A stretch of DNA of 64,000 bases from an uncultured Clostridia bacterium (GTDB lineage: Bacteria > Bacillota > Clostridia > Christensenellales > UBA1242), in the NCBI GenBank assembly GCA_944384405.1, contig CALWTH010000041.1:65394-129393 (forward strand), written 5' to 3'. Below are positions 25,216-37,200 of this stretch, piece by piece. Position numbers and translations under genes: made by a program. How positions within the stretch are numbered: position 1 is the first letter of the stretch; every line of letters starts with the position of its first letter. Below the pieces are notes generated by a model. The model had not been told where the DNA came from. It worked only from the letters and a program-made list of their open reading frames with translations, and searched no databases.

Positions 25216-26016
25216 TTATCTAACTTTGTCGAAAGTTTTAGCTAAGTTAATATAGTCATTAGTTGTCAAATTTTCTGCTCTTCTATTTTGAGATATATTG
25301 CACATATTAAGCCAAGTTGTTATTTGTTCTTTTGAAAAATCAAAGCCGGACTTTAAGTTGTTATATATAGTTTTTCTTCGCATAGCAAAACTTTTGTGAA
25401 CGATGTCAGAAAATATCTTAGCATCACATGCACATTTCTTTAAGTCAATTCTAACAACGGCAGAGTCAACATTTGGAATTGGAGTGAAACACTGTCTGTT
25501 AACTGTTCTTAGCACTTTAACATCTCCAAAAAAGTTTAACATTACAGTCAATATTCCATAGTCCGATGTGTTGACATTTGCCACCATTCTTTGTGCAACT
25601 TCTTTTTGAACCATAACAGTTATACTGTTGACTTTTTTTGATTCAATAAATTTAAAAATAAGCGGAGTGGTGATATAATATGGCAAATTTGCAACAATTT
25701 TAAAATTATTTTCAAAGTTATTTTCAATATCTTTAATATTTGTTTTTAAAGCATCAGAAAAAACTATTTTAATATTGTTATAATTTTTAAATTTTTCTTG
25801 TAAAATTGGCTTTAAATTTTCATCAATTTCATATGAGACAACTTTTTTTGAATTTTGCGCTAAAATTTCAGTAAGTGTTCCTGCTCCTGTGCCTATTTCA
25901 AGCACTTCATCTTCTTTGTTTACACCAGAATCACGCACTATCGCAGTTAATAAATTGGTGTCAAAAATAAAATTTTGACCATATTTTTTTTTAAATTTAA
26001 AATTGTTTAATTCCAT
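25216..26016 (-). CDS. rsmA: 16S rRNA (adenine1518/1519-N6)-dimethyltransferase
   Basis: KKYGQNFIFD, SAM motif VLEIGTGAGTLT, NLPYYITTP. Confidence 0.9.
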   Translation of the reverse strand: MELNNFKFKKKYGQNFIFDTNLLTAIVRDSGVNKEDEVLEIGTGAGTLTEILAQNSKKVVSYEIDENLKPILQEKFKNYNNIKIVFSDALKTNIKDIENNFENNFKIVANLPYYITTPLIFKFIESKKVNSITVMVQKEVAQRMVANVNTSDYGILTVMLNFFGDVKVLRTVNRQCFTPIPNVDSAVVRIDLKKCACDAKIFSDIVHKSFAMRRKTIYNNLKSGFDFSKEQITTWLNMCNISQNRRAENLTTNDYINLAKTFDKVR

Positions 26017-26026
26017 ATTTTTTCCA

Positions 26027-26791
26027 TTAAATATTATATATTTTTTTTGTATTTATTTCCATTATTTTTTCAAGTTCAAAAAGTGGTATATTTTTTATTT
26101 CACTAATTTTTTGTGCAATTATTGGAATATTTTTTGGTTGATTTTGTGTACCACGAAATGGCTCTGGTGACATATATGGGCAATCTGTTTCTGTCAAAAT
26201 TCTATCAACTGGAGTCGCAGCGACTATTTCTCTTAAATTGTTGGCGTTTTTAAAAGTAATTGCACCACCATATGAAACATAAAATCCTAATCCACATATC
26301 TCATCAAGCACTTCTTTTGAACCGTGAAAACAATGGAATATCCCACCTTTTTTAAAGTGAGATTTGTATTTTCTCACAATGTCAAGTGTATCGCCCATTG
26401 CATCACGCGTGTGAATGACTATTGGAAGGTCAAGTTTTTCAGCAAGAAGAATTTGCCTGACAAACACATCTTTTTGCAACTCTTTATTTTGTTTTGAGTA
26501 GTGATAGTCTAGGCCAATCTCCCCTATCGCAACCACTTTTTTGTTTTTGCAAAGATCTATAAGTTGTTTTTCAACTTCGTCATTATAGTCTTCACAATTC
26601 TCAGGATGAACGCCGACTGTTGCAAAAACACCTTCATAACGTTCACTTAATTTTATAGCACTTTTAGATGAGTTCAAATCATAACTTGAACATATGATTT
26701 TTTGCACATTATTATTTTTTGCGTTTTTGATAACATTTTCAACATCATTTAAAAGTTCATCTTGAAGATGCGCATGTGTGTCAATAAACAT
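26027..26791 (-). CDS. TatD-family metal-dependent hydrolase (YabD-like)
   Basis: MFIDTHAHL start, GEIGLDYHY, PIVIHTRDA, ETDCPYM. Confidence 0.85.
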   Translation of the reverse strand: MFIDTHAHLQDELLNDVENVIKNAKNNNVQKIICSSYDLNSSKSAIKLSERYEGVFATVGVHPENCEDYNDEVEKQLIDLCKNKKVVAIGEIGLDYHYSKQNKELQKDVFVRQILLAEKLDLPIVIHTRDAMGDTLDIVRKYKSHFKKGGIFHCFHGSKEVLDEICGLGFYVSYGGAITFKNANNLREIVAATPVDRILTETDCPYMSPEPFRGTQNQPKNIPIIAQKISEIKNIPLFELEKIMEINTKKIYNI

Positions 26792-26870
26792 TGATAACCT
26801 CTTAATTTGAATTATATATTATTTTGCTATTAAATACAAATATTTTTTCAACACAAGCATATACATTGAT

Positions 26871-27431
26871 ATGAGCAAAATTTGGACAAGTTTAATGATG
26901 GCAAGCCTTTTGGTACTTATTTTTGTTGAACCAAATTTGATAATAAGCACCATGATTGACCAGTCAAAAGATGTTGTGAGTCTGTGCATAAATCTACTAG
27001 CAATTTATGCAGTTTGGCTTGGAATACTTGAAATTATTGACCAAAGTGGTCTTGGTGAAAAACTTTCAAATTTTTTATCTCCAGTAATCAAAAAACTTTT
27101 CAAAATCAATGACAGCGAGCAAATAAAATATATTTCATACAACATTTCAAGCAATTTGTTAGGACTTGGAAACGCCGCAACTCCAAGCGGAATAAAAGCA
27201 GTAAAGTGTATGGAAAAAGACTTGAAACAGACAAAGTTTGCTATGCTTATGCTTTTGGTGGTCAATTCAACAGGAATACAACTTCTGCCAACAACGATTA
27301 TCGGACTTAGGGCGAGCGCAGGAAGCACATCTGCATCGGATATTATTTTCCCAACAATACTTTCAAGCGTAATTGCAACAGTAGTTTGTGTTTGCCTATT
27401 ATTTTTATATAAAAAGTTGAAAAAACTATGA
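26871..27431 (+). CDS. spmA: Nucleoside-recognition (Gate) domain membrane protein, SpmA-like
   Basis: Resembles spore maturation protein A (IWTSLMM..., LAIYAVWLGILEIIDQSGL). Weak RBS, so the start is uncertain. Confidence 0.7.
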   Translation: MSKIWTSLMMASLLVLIFVEPNLIISTMIDQSKDVVSLCINLLAIYAVWLGILEIIDQSGLGEKLSNFLSPVIKKLFKINDSEQIKYISYNISSNLLGLGNAATPSGIKAVKCMEKDLKQTKFAMLMLLVVNSTGIQLLPTTIIGLRASAGSTSASDIIFPTILSSVIATVVCVCLLFLYKKLKKL

Positions 27432-27931
27432 GTGTATATATCATACCTATAATATTAATTGTTTTGATTTTGTACGGAACATACAAAAAAGTCAATGTGT
27501 ACTCCGCCTTTTGTCAAGGGGCAAAAAGTTCATTTGACCTTGTTAAAGGTATTTTCCCTTACATTGTTGCAATAATGATTTCAGTCGCACTTTTTAGGGC
27601 TAGTGGCCTTGGAAGTTTACTAGTTAATTTTTTGACGCCAATATTCAATATTTTTGGTATTCCAAGTGAAGTGTGTGAACTTGTACTTTTGAAGCCATTT
27701 ACTGGAAGTGGGAGTTTATCAATTTTGGAAGACATAATTTCACGCTATGGTGCTGACAGTTACATATCACGTTGTGCCTGTGTCATCATGGGTGGAAGCG
27801 AAACAGTTTTTTATGTTTCGGCAGTTTATTTTGCCGGCTCCAAACAAAAAATTGCACCTGCCATCATTATCTCGCTTTTTGGTGGCATATTAAGTGCAAT
27901 CGTTGGTTGTTTACTTTGTAAAATTATGTGA
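27428..27931 (+). CDS. spmB: Spore maturation protein B-like membrane protein
   Basis: ATGA overlap with spmA. IPIILIVLILYGTYKKVNVYSAFCQGAK...VALFRASG pattern. Confidence 0.7.
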   Translation: MSVYIIPIILIVLILYGTYKKVNVYSAFCQGAKSSFDLVKGIFPYIVAIMISVALFRASGLGSLLVNFLTPIFNIFGIPSEVCELVLLKPFTGSGSLSILEDIISRYGADSYISRCACVIMGGSETVFYVSAVYFAGSKQKIAPAIIISLFGGILSAIVGCLLCKIM

Positions 27932-28724
27932 GCGAAAGTGCAATTTGGTACACTTCATTTTTCTTGACTTTGAAATTTTTAGCAACTGTCTTTATCGCCT
28001 CATTTTTGTCAATCCCCTCACTTAAAAGTCTTATTAGCTGTTGTTCCATATTTTCGCTTGGCTGATTTTTTATTTGGTCGTTTTTAACAACAAGCACATA
28101 TTCACCTCTTGGTTCAAAATCCAACTCATCGCCCAAGTCGAAAAATATTGTCTTTTCGTGAACTTTTGTTATTTCGTTTACAAGACATGCTTTTTTTGTG
28201 CCAAGGTATGAATAAATGAATTTCACATCATCAAAAACATTATAAGGTGAAACATAAAACACTATTGCACCACAAAAATTTTTGACATTTTCTAGTTGAA
28301 TTTTTCTCTTTTTGTTTTGCTCGCTTAAAAATCCAACAAAACAAAATTCACTTCCTGCAAAACCACTTAAAATGAGCGCCGATAAAACTGCACTTGCTCC
28401 TGGTATTACTGTAAATTCAATGTTATTTTCTATTAAACTTTGTGTAAGGATTTCACCAGGATCAGATATAAGTGGTGTGCCGCTATCACTAATAACGGCA
28501 ATGTTCTTCCCCTCTTTTGCTAAGTCGACAATACCTTTTGCACTTGTTTTTTCGTTAAATTTATGATATGCAATAAGTTTTTTATGAATATCATAGTGGT
28601 TCAATAGTTTTAATGAATTGCGAGTATCTTCGCAGGCAATTACATCAACACTTTTTAGTGTTTCAAGAGCCCTTAGCGAAATATCTTGCAAATTACCAAT
28701 TGGCGTAGATACAAAATATACCAT
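27924..28724 (-). CDS. rsmI: 16S rRNA (cytidine1402-2'-O)-methyltransferase
   Basis: YFVSTPIGNLQDISLRALETLKSVDVIACEDTR N-terminus. TAATG overlap with the upstream gene. Confidence 0.9.
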   Translation of the reverse strand: MVYFVSTPIGNLQDISLRALETLKSVDVIACEDTRNSLKLLNHYDIHKKLIAYHKFNEKTSAKGIVDLAKEGKNIAVISDSGTPLISDPGEILTQSLIENNIEFTVIPGASAVLSALILSGFAGSEFCFVGFLSEQNKKRKIQLENVKNFCGAIVFYVSPYNVFDDVKFIYSYLGTKKACLVNEITKVHEKTIFFDLGDELDFEPRGEYVLVVKNDQIKNQPSENMEQQLIRLLSEGIDKNEAIKTVAKNFKVKKNEVYQIALSLT

Positions 28725-29437
28725 TATCTCACCTCATCACGATATAATTTTTGAATTGTTTGTACATAGTTGCCGTCAAGGTCGTTAGTGATAAGCACCG
28801 GCAAAACTTTTACTGAAAACTTCGCATCTTTTTTGCACATTACGTATACGGTGCTTGCGTCTTTAGTGTTTGTTGGCTGTGCAAAAAACATCTTTTTTGG
28901 CATAAGTTTATTTTTTACAAGTTCAACAATAAGTTCACACAGTCTTTGCGCAGGATACACAACATAAAAACTACCACCACTTTTAAGTAGCCTACTCGCC
29001 ACACTTATGACAACACTCAATGGTAGATATTTTTCATGTCTTGCAATGGCGACTTCTTCGTTTGGACTTGTTATTTCACCAGTAAAATATGGCGGATTTG
29101 AATAGACAACATCAACTTGATTTTTTATATATTTTGAATAATTTTTTATGTCATCATTAATAACTTCGATATTTTTTATGCCATTATATTCAACATTTTT
29201 TCTTGCCAAGTCACTATATTTTTTTTGAATTTCAAAGGCATAAATTTTATCTACTTTTTGTTTGTGTGACAAAAGTATTGATATTATGCCACTACCTGTA
29301 CCAATTTCAACGCAAACACTAGACTTTTTTGCTGAAATAAAGTTGCTTAAAAGTACACTGTCGCTAGTGAAATTATAGCCATCAACATATTGATAAATTT
29401 TTAGCCCATCAAGCATAAGGTCATCAAGCCTTAACAT
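28724..29437 (-). CDS. SAM-dependent methyltransferase, YabB / tRNA(adenine37-N6)-methyltransferase-like
   Basis: VEIGTGSGIISILL SAM motif and NPPYF motif. Start moved to ATG 29437 (GAGGT RBS). Confidence 0.75.
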   Translation of the reverse strand: MLRLDDLMLDGLKIYQYVDGYNFTSDSVLLSNFISAKKSSVCVEIGTGSGIISILLSHKQKVDKIYAFEIQKKYSDLARKNVEYNGIKNIEVINDDIKNYSKYIKNQVDVVYSNPPYFTGEITSPNEEVAIARHEKYLPLSVVISVASRLLKSGGSFYVVYPAQRLCELIVELVKNKLMPKKMFFAQPTNTKDASTVYVMCKKDAKFSVKVLPVLITNDLDGNYVQTIQKLYRDEVR

Positions 29438-30248
29438 CTTTGACCTCAAGCACAGTAATTTCATCAAGGGCATAGTTTACAATTTCAAAACTATCACCTT
29501 TTTCAAACTTAACATCAACAGTTTGCTTTAAAAGATTGTTGTAAACAACTTTTCCAACACCATCTTTTGTCTTGACCTCAGAATTTATTTTTGGCATCTT
29601 TTTTGAAATTTCTGCATAGATTTCATTTTCGTATGCAAGACAACACATAAGCCTTCCACATAGCCCACTGATTTTGCTAGGATTTAGGCTAAGCCCTTGA
29701 TTTTTTGCCATTTTGATTGTTGCATGGTCAAAGTCTTTCAAAAATCTACTGCAGCAAACTTCTCTCCCACATGGACCAAGTCCGCCAAGCAACTGCGTTT
29801 CAACACGTTGACCAATTTGATGGAGTTCAATTCTGCACCTATAAATTGCTGCAAGTTTTTTTACAAGTTCACGAAAATCCACTCTGTTGTCTGATGTGAA
29901 ATTGATGACAATTTTTGATTGGTCAAGACTAAGTTCTGCGTTTGTTATTTTCATATCTAGTCCAAGACTCTGGCTTAAATTCTCTGCCGTTTTTTTGATT
30001 TCTTTTTGCTTTTCAATATTTATTTTGTTTTGTTTAATGTCATCATCTGTTGCCATGCGAATAACTTTTTTTAACTCATGTGGATAATTTTCTATATATT
30101 CGACGTCTTTAACAACATATGCAAGTTCCAACCCTCTAACAGTGTCAACAACCACCACATCGCCTTTTTTTAACGCCATTTTATTCGCTAAAAATGAATA
30201 TATCTTTCCATTTGGTTCATACGAAACATCAACTTTATCTATCTGCAT
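29424..30248 (-). CDS. ricT: PSP1-domain regulatory protein RicT (YaaT)
   Basis: YSF..N....GDVVVVDTVRGLELAYV N-terminus, Cys cluster GPCGREVCCSRFL...LCGRLMCCLAYE. Confidence 0.85.
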   Translation of the reverse strand: MQIDKVDVSYEPNGKIYSFLANKMALKKGDVVVVDTVRGLELAYVVKDVEYIENYPHELKKVIRMATDDDIKQNKINIEKQKEIKKTAENLSQSLGLDMKITNAELSLDQSKIVINFTSDNRVDFRELVKKLAAIYRCRIELHQIGQRVETQLLGGLGPCGREVCCSRFLKDFDHATIKMAKNQGLSLNPSKISGLCGRLMCCLAYENEIYAEISKKMPKINSEVKTKDGVGKVVYNNLLKQTVDVKFEKGDSFEIVNYALDEITVLEVKDVKA

Positions 30249-31204
30249 AAATATTTAACCTCCAAAATACTAGTAAGCAAATTTTCAAACAAAAGCGAAA
30301 GTGTTACGTTTGAAAATTGTTTTTTGTTTACATCATTTATTCTTTTTATTATCTCAACAAGTGCTTTCATTGAAAATTCATCAGAAATGTTTTCAAAAAC
30401 GCTGACAAGCGTCTTATTTTTAACTAATTCAATTTTATTTGATTTTACAAGTGCAATATCCCTATACATGCTTTGCATAAATTTAACAGTGTCCAAAAAT
30501 TGATTTTTGCTCATCTTGGGCACAATATAATTTACGATTTCAGAACTTGATTTAAGATTTGTGACAATGTTTTTTGCCAACGCATAGTTTGCCAAAAAGT
30601 CTTGGTCAAGTAAAATTTGTTTTGTTTCACCAATATATCCGTTTGAATAATCCATTGCAAGTGCAAAATCTTCCTGTTTTTGATATTCAGAAAAAATTTG
30701 TGTCAAGGTTTGCTTATCAAAAGGTGGAATTTCCACTTTCAAAAGTCTTGACTTCACCGTTGGAAGCACTTTGTTTAAATTTGTTGTGGAAATCAAAAAT
30801 ATTGTGTTTTTAGGTGGATTTTCCAAAACTTTCAGCAGTTTATTTTGTGACTGCTCGCTTGAATTTTCTAAATTTTTTATCATTAATATTTTATATTCGC
30901 CCAAAATTGCCTTTTTGTTTGCATCAAGTATCACCGATTGTGAATCATCTGTGCTGAAAGCATCACCTTTTGGATACACACACACATCAGGGTGAGAACC
31001 ACATTGCACTTTTTGACAAATTGGACAATTGTCATCGCCATTACTATCACACAAGATTTGTTTTGCACACATTAATAAAATTTCATTTAGTGTGAGCGTG
31101 TCCGGACAAAAGAAAAGATATCCGCCAACAAGTTTTTTGTTGACTTTTTGTTGCAAAATATCTTGCATATATGTTTGTTTTGAAAAATATTTTTGAAAAT
31201 TCAC
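30239..31204 (-). CDS. holB: DNA polymerase III delta-prime subunit
   Basis: Position upstream of ricT. Zn-module-like C-x..C-x2-C...HPDV, SRLLKVEIPP (SRC-like motif). The start is uncertain: GTG 31204 without RBS, or ATG 31168. Confidence 0.7.
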   Translation of the reverse strand: MNFQKYFSKQTYMQDILQQKVNKKLVGGYLFFCPDTLTLNEILLMCAKQILCDSNGDDNCPICQKVQCGSHPDVCVYPKGDAFSTDDSQSVILDANKKAILGEYKILMIKNLENSSEQSQNKLLKVLENPPKNTIFLISTTNLNKVLPTVKSRLLKVEIPPFDKQTLTQIFSEYQKQEDFALAMDYSNGYIGETKQILLDQDFLANYALAKNIVTNLKSSSEIVNYIVPKMSKNQFLDTVKFMQSMYRDIALVKSNKIELVKNKTLVSVFENISDEFSMKALVEIIKRINDVNKKQFSNVTLSLLFENLLTSILEVKYLCR

Positions 31205-31250
31205 AATTTTATTTTATCACAAATATATTTTTTTTCAAATATATACACAT

Positions 31251-31281
31251 AAAAAAAGCAATGAAGTTAAACTTCATTGCT
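31251..31281 (-). terminator. Strong rho-independent terminator after giant gene 2
   Basis: Minus strand GCAATGAAGT-tta-ACTTCATTGC followed by T7. Confidence 0.8.
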
Positions 31282-31286
31282 TTCTA

Positions 31287-34200
31287 TTATTGTATTACTC
31301 CATTTCTTATAAGCAAATTATAAGCGTTAGATGAACTTTGAGTAACACCATTTATTATGAAAGGATAAACAGAAATATAAAAATCATCGAATCCAGTAAA
31401 GTCATATATAAATGATGACAAATAAATGTTGTAGCCATAAGGTAATTTTTGTACACTATTTCCATTGCGTAAATTCTTTAAATACAAGTTCATATTCACA
31501 ACCAAGTCTCCCACTGTAAATGATACATTTTCTTTGATGTCTTGTGTTAATTTTGCATAAAAATCAGCAAAAGTTTCATTTGAACCACTCGTAGAAACAT
31601 ATCCTCCAATAAATCTTGAAACATAAACACTATAAGATATGGCGATGTCCGACTCGGCATTTCCTATATTATCACCGTAAATACTTATATCAGAAGTAAT
31701 TTCGGCATTTACCGTATTGGCGTTTACAATAAATTTACCATTTTGAGTGTTTGACAAAGATTGTGTGTTTGTAATCAAACCAATAACGCCACCAACATAA
31801 CTTGCATTTGATATTTCTTCCTGCGCCGGTTTAATTAATTTAATCACACATGATTGTTCTGTTGCTCCAACTGAAATATCTTGCATGATGACATTTCCAA
31901 ATGTTCCGTTAAATTCAATCTCTCCAACAATTCCACCAAGAGCGCTTTGACCTGTGAGCAAATCACCTGTGTAACTGCTGTTTTGTATCACTACATTTTG
32001 CAACGCTTTTCCTGCAAGTCCTCCGACTTTTCCAACAACTATTGCACTATTGAATTGTATATCAATATCAACATTGCAATCAATTATGTTTTGTGTTTGT
32101 TCTTTGTTCCCACGGACAATTCCACAAAGTCCCCCGACTGCAATTGGAATTTTTGGAGTAAGATTAAAGATGTAATAATTTTGTTGTTCTAACTCCCCTT
32201 CTTCGTCTGTATTTGTGTCTAAAGCATATACGTTCACATTTCTTAAAGTACCTTTAAGATCTCCAACAATTATTCCACCATATGCACTTGCGCGAATGAA
32301 ATAGTTGGCGAGATTTTGATATTGAAATTCAACATCTTGCACTTCGGCGTTCAAACCAATTCCACCAAACATAAATCCGCTTACCATTCCTATTGATGCC
32401 ACAGCGTTTGTGATATAAGCATTTTTAAGTCTACCAACTCCGCCAAGGTATCCAACAATACTTCCTGAATAAGAAACTGTGTTGTAGTTTGAACCACCTT
32501 CTTCATAAAGTATCTGATTTTGGACAGACTGCTCAGTCCAATTATCTGAACTGTTTGTTTGATATGCATTTGTTGAGATTGAAGAATAAATATTTTGTAT
32601 ATCAAACGAATTTACAATTCTTCCGAATACACCACCCACAATGTTCTTGCCTAACACAACGTTTGAAGTCGTGCTGGAGTTATATCCGTCAACAATAACA
32701 TTATAAGCATACATTCTGTTGACTGTACCAGCGATTGTACCAACACTAACTGCGTTTGGAAGGTTGATATATTTTGGTGAAAATTCTATGTTTTGTATAG
32801 TTGCATAGTCACTGCCATAGCCAATTTGTGAGAAATAACCACCAGATGTTACACTTGCATTTGAGTTTATTGAGAAGTTTGAAATACTTAGTCCATTGCC
32901 TTCAAAATATCCGCCAAGAACGTAAGAGTACAACGAACTAACAGCCAAATTCTCTTCGATATAATCAATATCTTTAATCAAACGATAATATTTAGTGTTA
33001 ATATTTCTTATGCTATTTGATATAAAATCTTCTTCAAATAAAACTGCAGAAGCAACAATTATTGGATTGTACATAGAACCTTCGCTGTATGAACCTGGAG
33101 TTTCTGCATAGATATATATTGTTTCGCCTGTTTCTTCAACATATTCTTCTTCAACAATATATTTTGATGAATAAGCAATAATGTTTGCCGTAACAAGTTG
33201 AGGTCTGTTCTCTCTAAATTGCATATATTGTCCATCTTTTTGCAATCCCTGAACAGTAACAAGTCTTGAATATTGTAAATAGTTTCTGTAATCACTAGAC
33301 GAAATTTCCATTCCTGTTGAAATTGTTTGATTTGTCAAGAATGAGTTGTTGTCTTTTGCATAGAACCAAACGCCACTTGCGATATCATCATTACTGTTTA
33401 TTGCAAAACTATCAAACAATTTTTCGCCAACTATATAGTTTGCACCAATGCGCGTGACAGCATAGCCAATAGCAAATTCAATAACAAGTGTTTTTCTAAG
33501 TTTATCATTGCCATATTTTTCATTTGATGTATTGATATCTACATTGAAATTATCATCACTTAAATAATAACTATCAGTTATTGAGCCCTGTGAATAGATA
33601 TAGAATGGGTGGTTACCAATATCTCTATCCCCAAGTTTACTTGTTGTATATGATGATTTAATTTCTCCGTTATTTGTACAAACAAAACCAGAGTTTATAG
33701 ATGAAGATGTCAATGGGATATTCGCATAGCAGTTAGATATTGTACCATCATTTATGTACGCAAACGCCCCTGCAATTGAGTTCGCTCTTATAATGTAATT
33801 GGTGTCACTTGCGTAAACATATGAAAGCCCTGACAAGTATTCGCCTTCAATAAAACTTGCAAATATTGTGCCAGTATTTTGAATAACAAAGCCAGCAGTG
33901 GCATTGTTTACGTTTGTACTTGAATTTCTTATGTAACTTCTCTTTACATAACTTGATGCGACATGTCCATTGTTTATTGCGACGAAACCTGCAAGGTTGG
34001 CTCCATAACTTTCAACACGAATATTTACTCTTGAATTTGTTATGTAACCAGAGTTAACTGCAACAAAAGGTGAAATATTTGAAGTTGATGTTAATGACAT
34101 TGGTGCCGAATTTGTCACAATTAATGAAGATGAGTCATCGCGACAAACAACTTGACAATTTGTTATTGTTCCATTATTTTGTGCACAAAGCAAACCAAAA

Positions 34201-37200
34201 TTAAATACGTTTCCATTGCTTTCATTTCTGAAATTAAATGTTGTATTTCTTCCAACTTCTATGGTTACATTGCAGACAACTGAGTTTTCGTCAATTATTG
34301 AAAATAATCCAAAGTTGTCAATTGTTGTGTAATCGGAATAAATTCCGCTAAATACTATGTTGTGACCGTTTCCGTCAAATCTAGCAACACTTGCATCAAT
34401 TGGCGTGAAATCAGAAGCGATTGTGATATCGTTCATTAAAATATAGTAATTGCCATCACTCATTGCCAATAACTGCTCTTGTGTGTAGATTGGAAGTGGA
34501 CTGTCGAGTGATGTGTTTTGATTGACTGTGACATCAAACTTTTTAATATCTACATCACTTATGTCTTCAAGTTCATCTTCATTTAAGAGCATAACTTGAA
34601 CATAACCATTGAGATATTGAAGTCTTGCATAAACTCCAAGTGAGAATAAATTTTCTCCAACATATTTTACTGTCAAATTATAGCCATCAATATCCAAAAT
34701 ATTATTACTTAAACTTGTTTCGTCTGTGATTCTAACATATCCGTTTTCATCACTTAATTTATAATAGAACACACCATTTTGTTTTAAACTTGCTTTTAAA
34801 GCATTGACAGCAGTAATTGCATTGCCAGAATATTCGACATCAAGATTATCAATAAGCAAATCTCTAATATCAGCACTATTGCCGCGATTTAGATAAATCT
34901 CAGAATTTTTGAACACTTCGTTCATATCATCAAGATTTCCAAGCACATATTCAACAATTGTGCATGTGAACGAATTTCTAATTCCACTCGTTGTGACTCC
35001 GTCAACAGTTGTTGTTCCGTAGTATGTTATTGTGACGTCATATCCACCATATTGCTGACCTTGAGGATAACTTATATTATCTGAAATTTTTAGATAATAT
35101 GTACCATTGTCATTTATAATTTGTGCATATGGTGACGAACTTTCAACAACAACATCAGAAGTTTTGTAACCAACTGTGTTGATATTTAGTAAGTAATTAT
35201 ATCCTCTTGCAACATAGTAATGATCAGATGCACCTTTATCTGCCAAAGTTACTTCAATTGTTTTGTTTAAAGATATTGTCAAAACACGCTGTTGCTGTGA
35301 GTATACGATTTCTCCATCTGCATTATAAAAGTTCACATACAAAGTGATTGAATCACCTTCGGTGACATTTGTTGCCATTCTGTAAAGTACATTAAGTTCA
35401 CCACCAACAATTGATGACTTCATGACTTTTATGCCTGTACTTGTGAAAAAGGCATCTGACGAAATAACTGCTTCTCCTTGATTATTATTTCTTGGAACCA
35501 AAAGCCCAAAAAGTACAACGTTGCCACTGGATATGTTTTCTTGAGAATTTGTAACTTCAATGTAGGAGTAATCAGAATATGCTGGATTTATCACGACTTT
35601 CAATATATTTGGTTCACCGGCGGTAACAATGTTTGTTTCTGTCATTGAATAACTTGTGTTATAGACATAATACCCATCGCCTGTGTCAACCAAAATAACA
35701 TCTTCATTGTTTGTGAAACTATAATTTTTCACAATTACATTATTTATTGGTTGTTTAGCAAAAGTTGCATAAACATTTTTGCTGACTGCCCCATCAGCAC
35801 CTGTGAATGTGAACATATAGTCGCCAATTCTTATTGCGTTGTCTGTGTTCATTTCAAAAGTATAGTCTATATAATATCTTCCATTATTAAAATACACTTC
35901 TGATGCTTTCGCAATAAAGTAGTTTTCAAAGTCTGCATCACCAAATTTCAGAACTTCGCCATTTTCAAGATAGGTGACAAACAATTCAATTTCATCATTA
36001 ATGTCATCTGTTAAATAACTGACTTTAATTGAGAAAACATCACTTGGCACAAGTGAAATGTTTGTCTTGTCACTTTCAATATTATATATTCCCTGTGAAT
36101 ATGTGGTATAAATTGTCTTGCTTATAGTAGCGTCATCTCTTGCAATTTCAACAAAATTAAACTCTGTTTCATCATCTTGTGACTTTGCTAAATACATTTT
36201 TGTATTGTTCACATCAAGATAAATGTAAAATTGAATTGCTTTTGGTGTTGTTTGAGTTTCAGTTCCCACCCCTTGCAAAATAACTGTACCTGAACTTTGC
36301 ACCACATTGACGTCTTCGTTTGAAACTATTTCAAGTTTAGCAGTTTGACTTTCAACAAGATTAATTCGCATATTTCCAACGCTTGCAAAGGCATCAAATC
36401 TTGGATAAAGAGTTGTTGTATTTCTATTTGTCACACTAATTTGTGAATTTTGCAGAAGTTCGTCTGTATAGTCTGATGACAAATACAAGTTTACTCCACT
36501 GACGTAATTTGTCACAACACAAGTTATTTGCTGACTTATTCCGGCATTGAGCACTGAAGTGAGAGTCAAAATAACTGTACCAGTTTTGTGAAGCCTAAGT
36601 TTCCCTTCCGTTGTGATTGATACAACACTAGTTGCATTTGATGAAATTGTTATTTCAACATTTTGGGCAAATAAATCGGAAGGCAAACTCTGTGTATTTA
36701 AAGTATTTAAGTAACTTTGATTTACACTATCTTTTGCTTGATAATACATAACAACAATTTTATTTTTTGTTAAATTCAGATAATTGTCTTTATCTTGAGT
36801 ACCAGTAAACACCTTTTCAAATTGTTCAATTTCAACATTTGCACCAGCAACAAGTTCGCCGTAATATGTGTTTATGCCTTCTATATTACCATTTTGTCCG
36901 TACTGCACAAATGTCCTTGTTATATATGAAAGTGCAGTGTTTGAAGCATCAACATCAACGTTAACTGAGTTGAATATCTTTGCAATACTATTAGAAGCGT
37001 TTGCAACAATCAAAGTTGCATCAAGTCCTGTAAGTGTCCTATCATCTGTTGCTTGAACTTTATTGTTTGATATATCTGAACTTTCTGCATTTCCAACAAA
37101 ACCAATAAGTCCACCAACATAAGTATTTCCACGAACATAAACTCTAGTGGTGTTGCCTAAAATTTCTCCGCCGTTATCTAAAAGTCCAATAAGTCCGCCA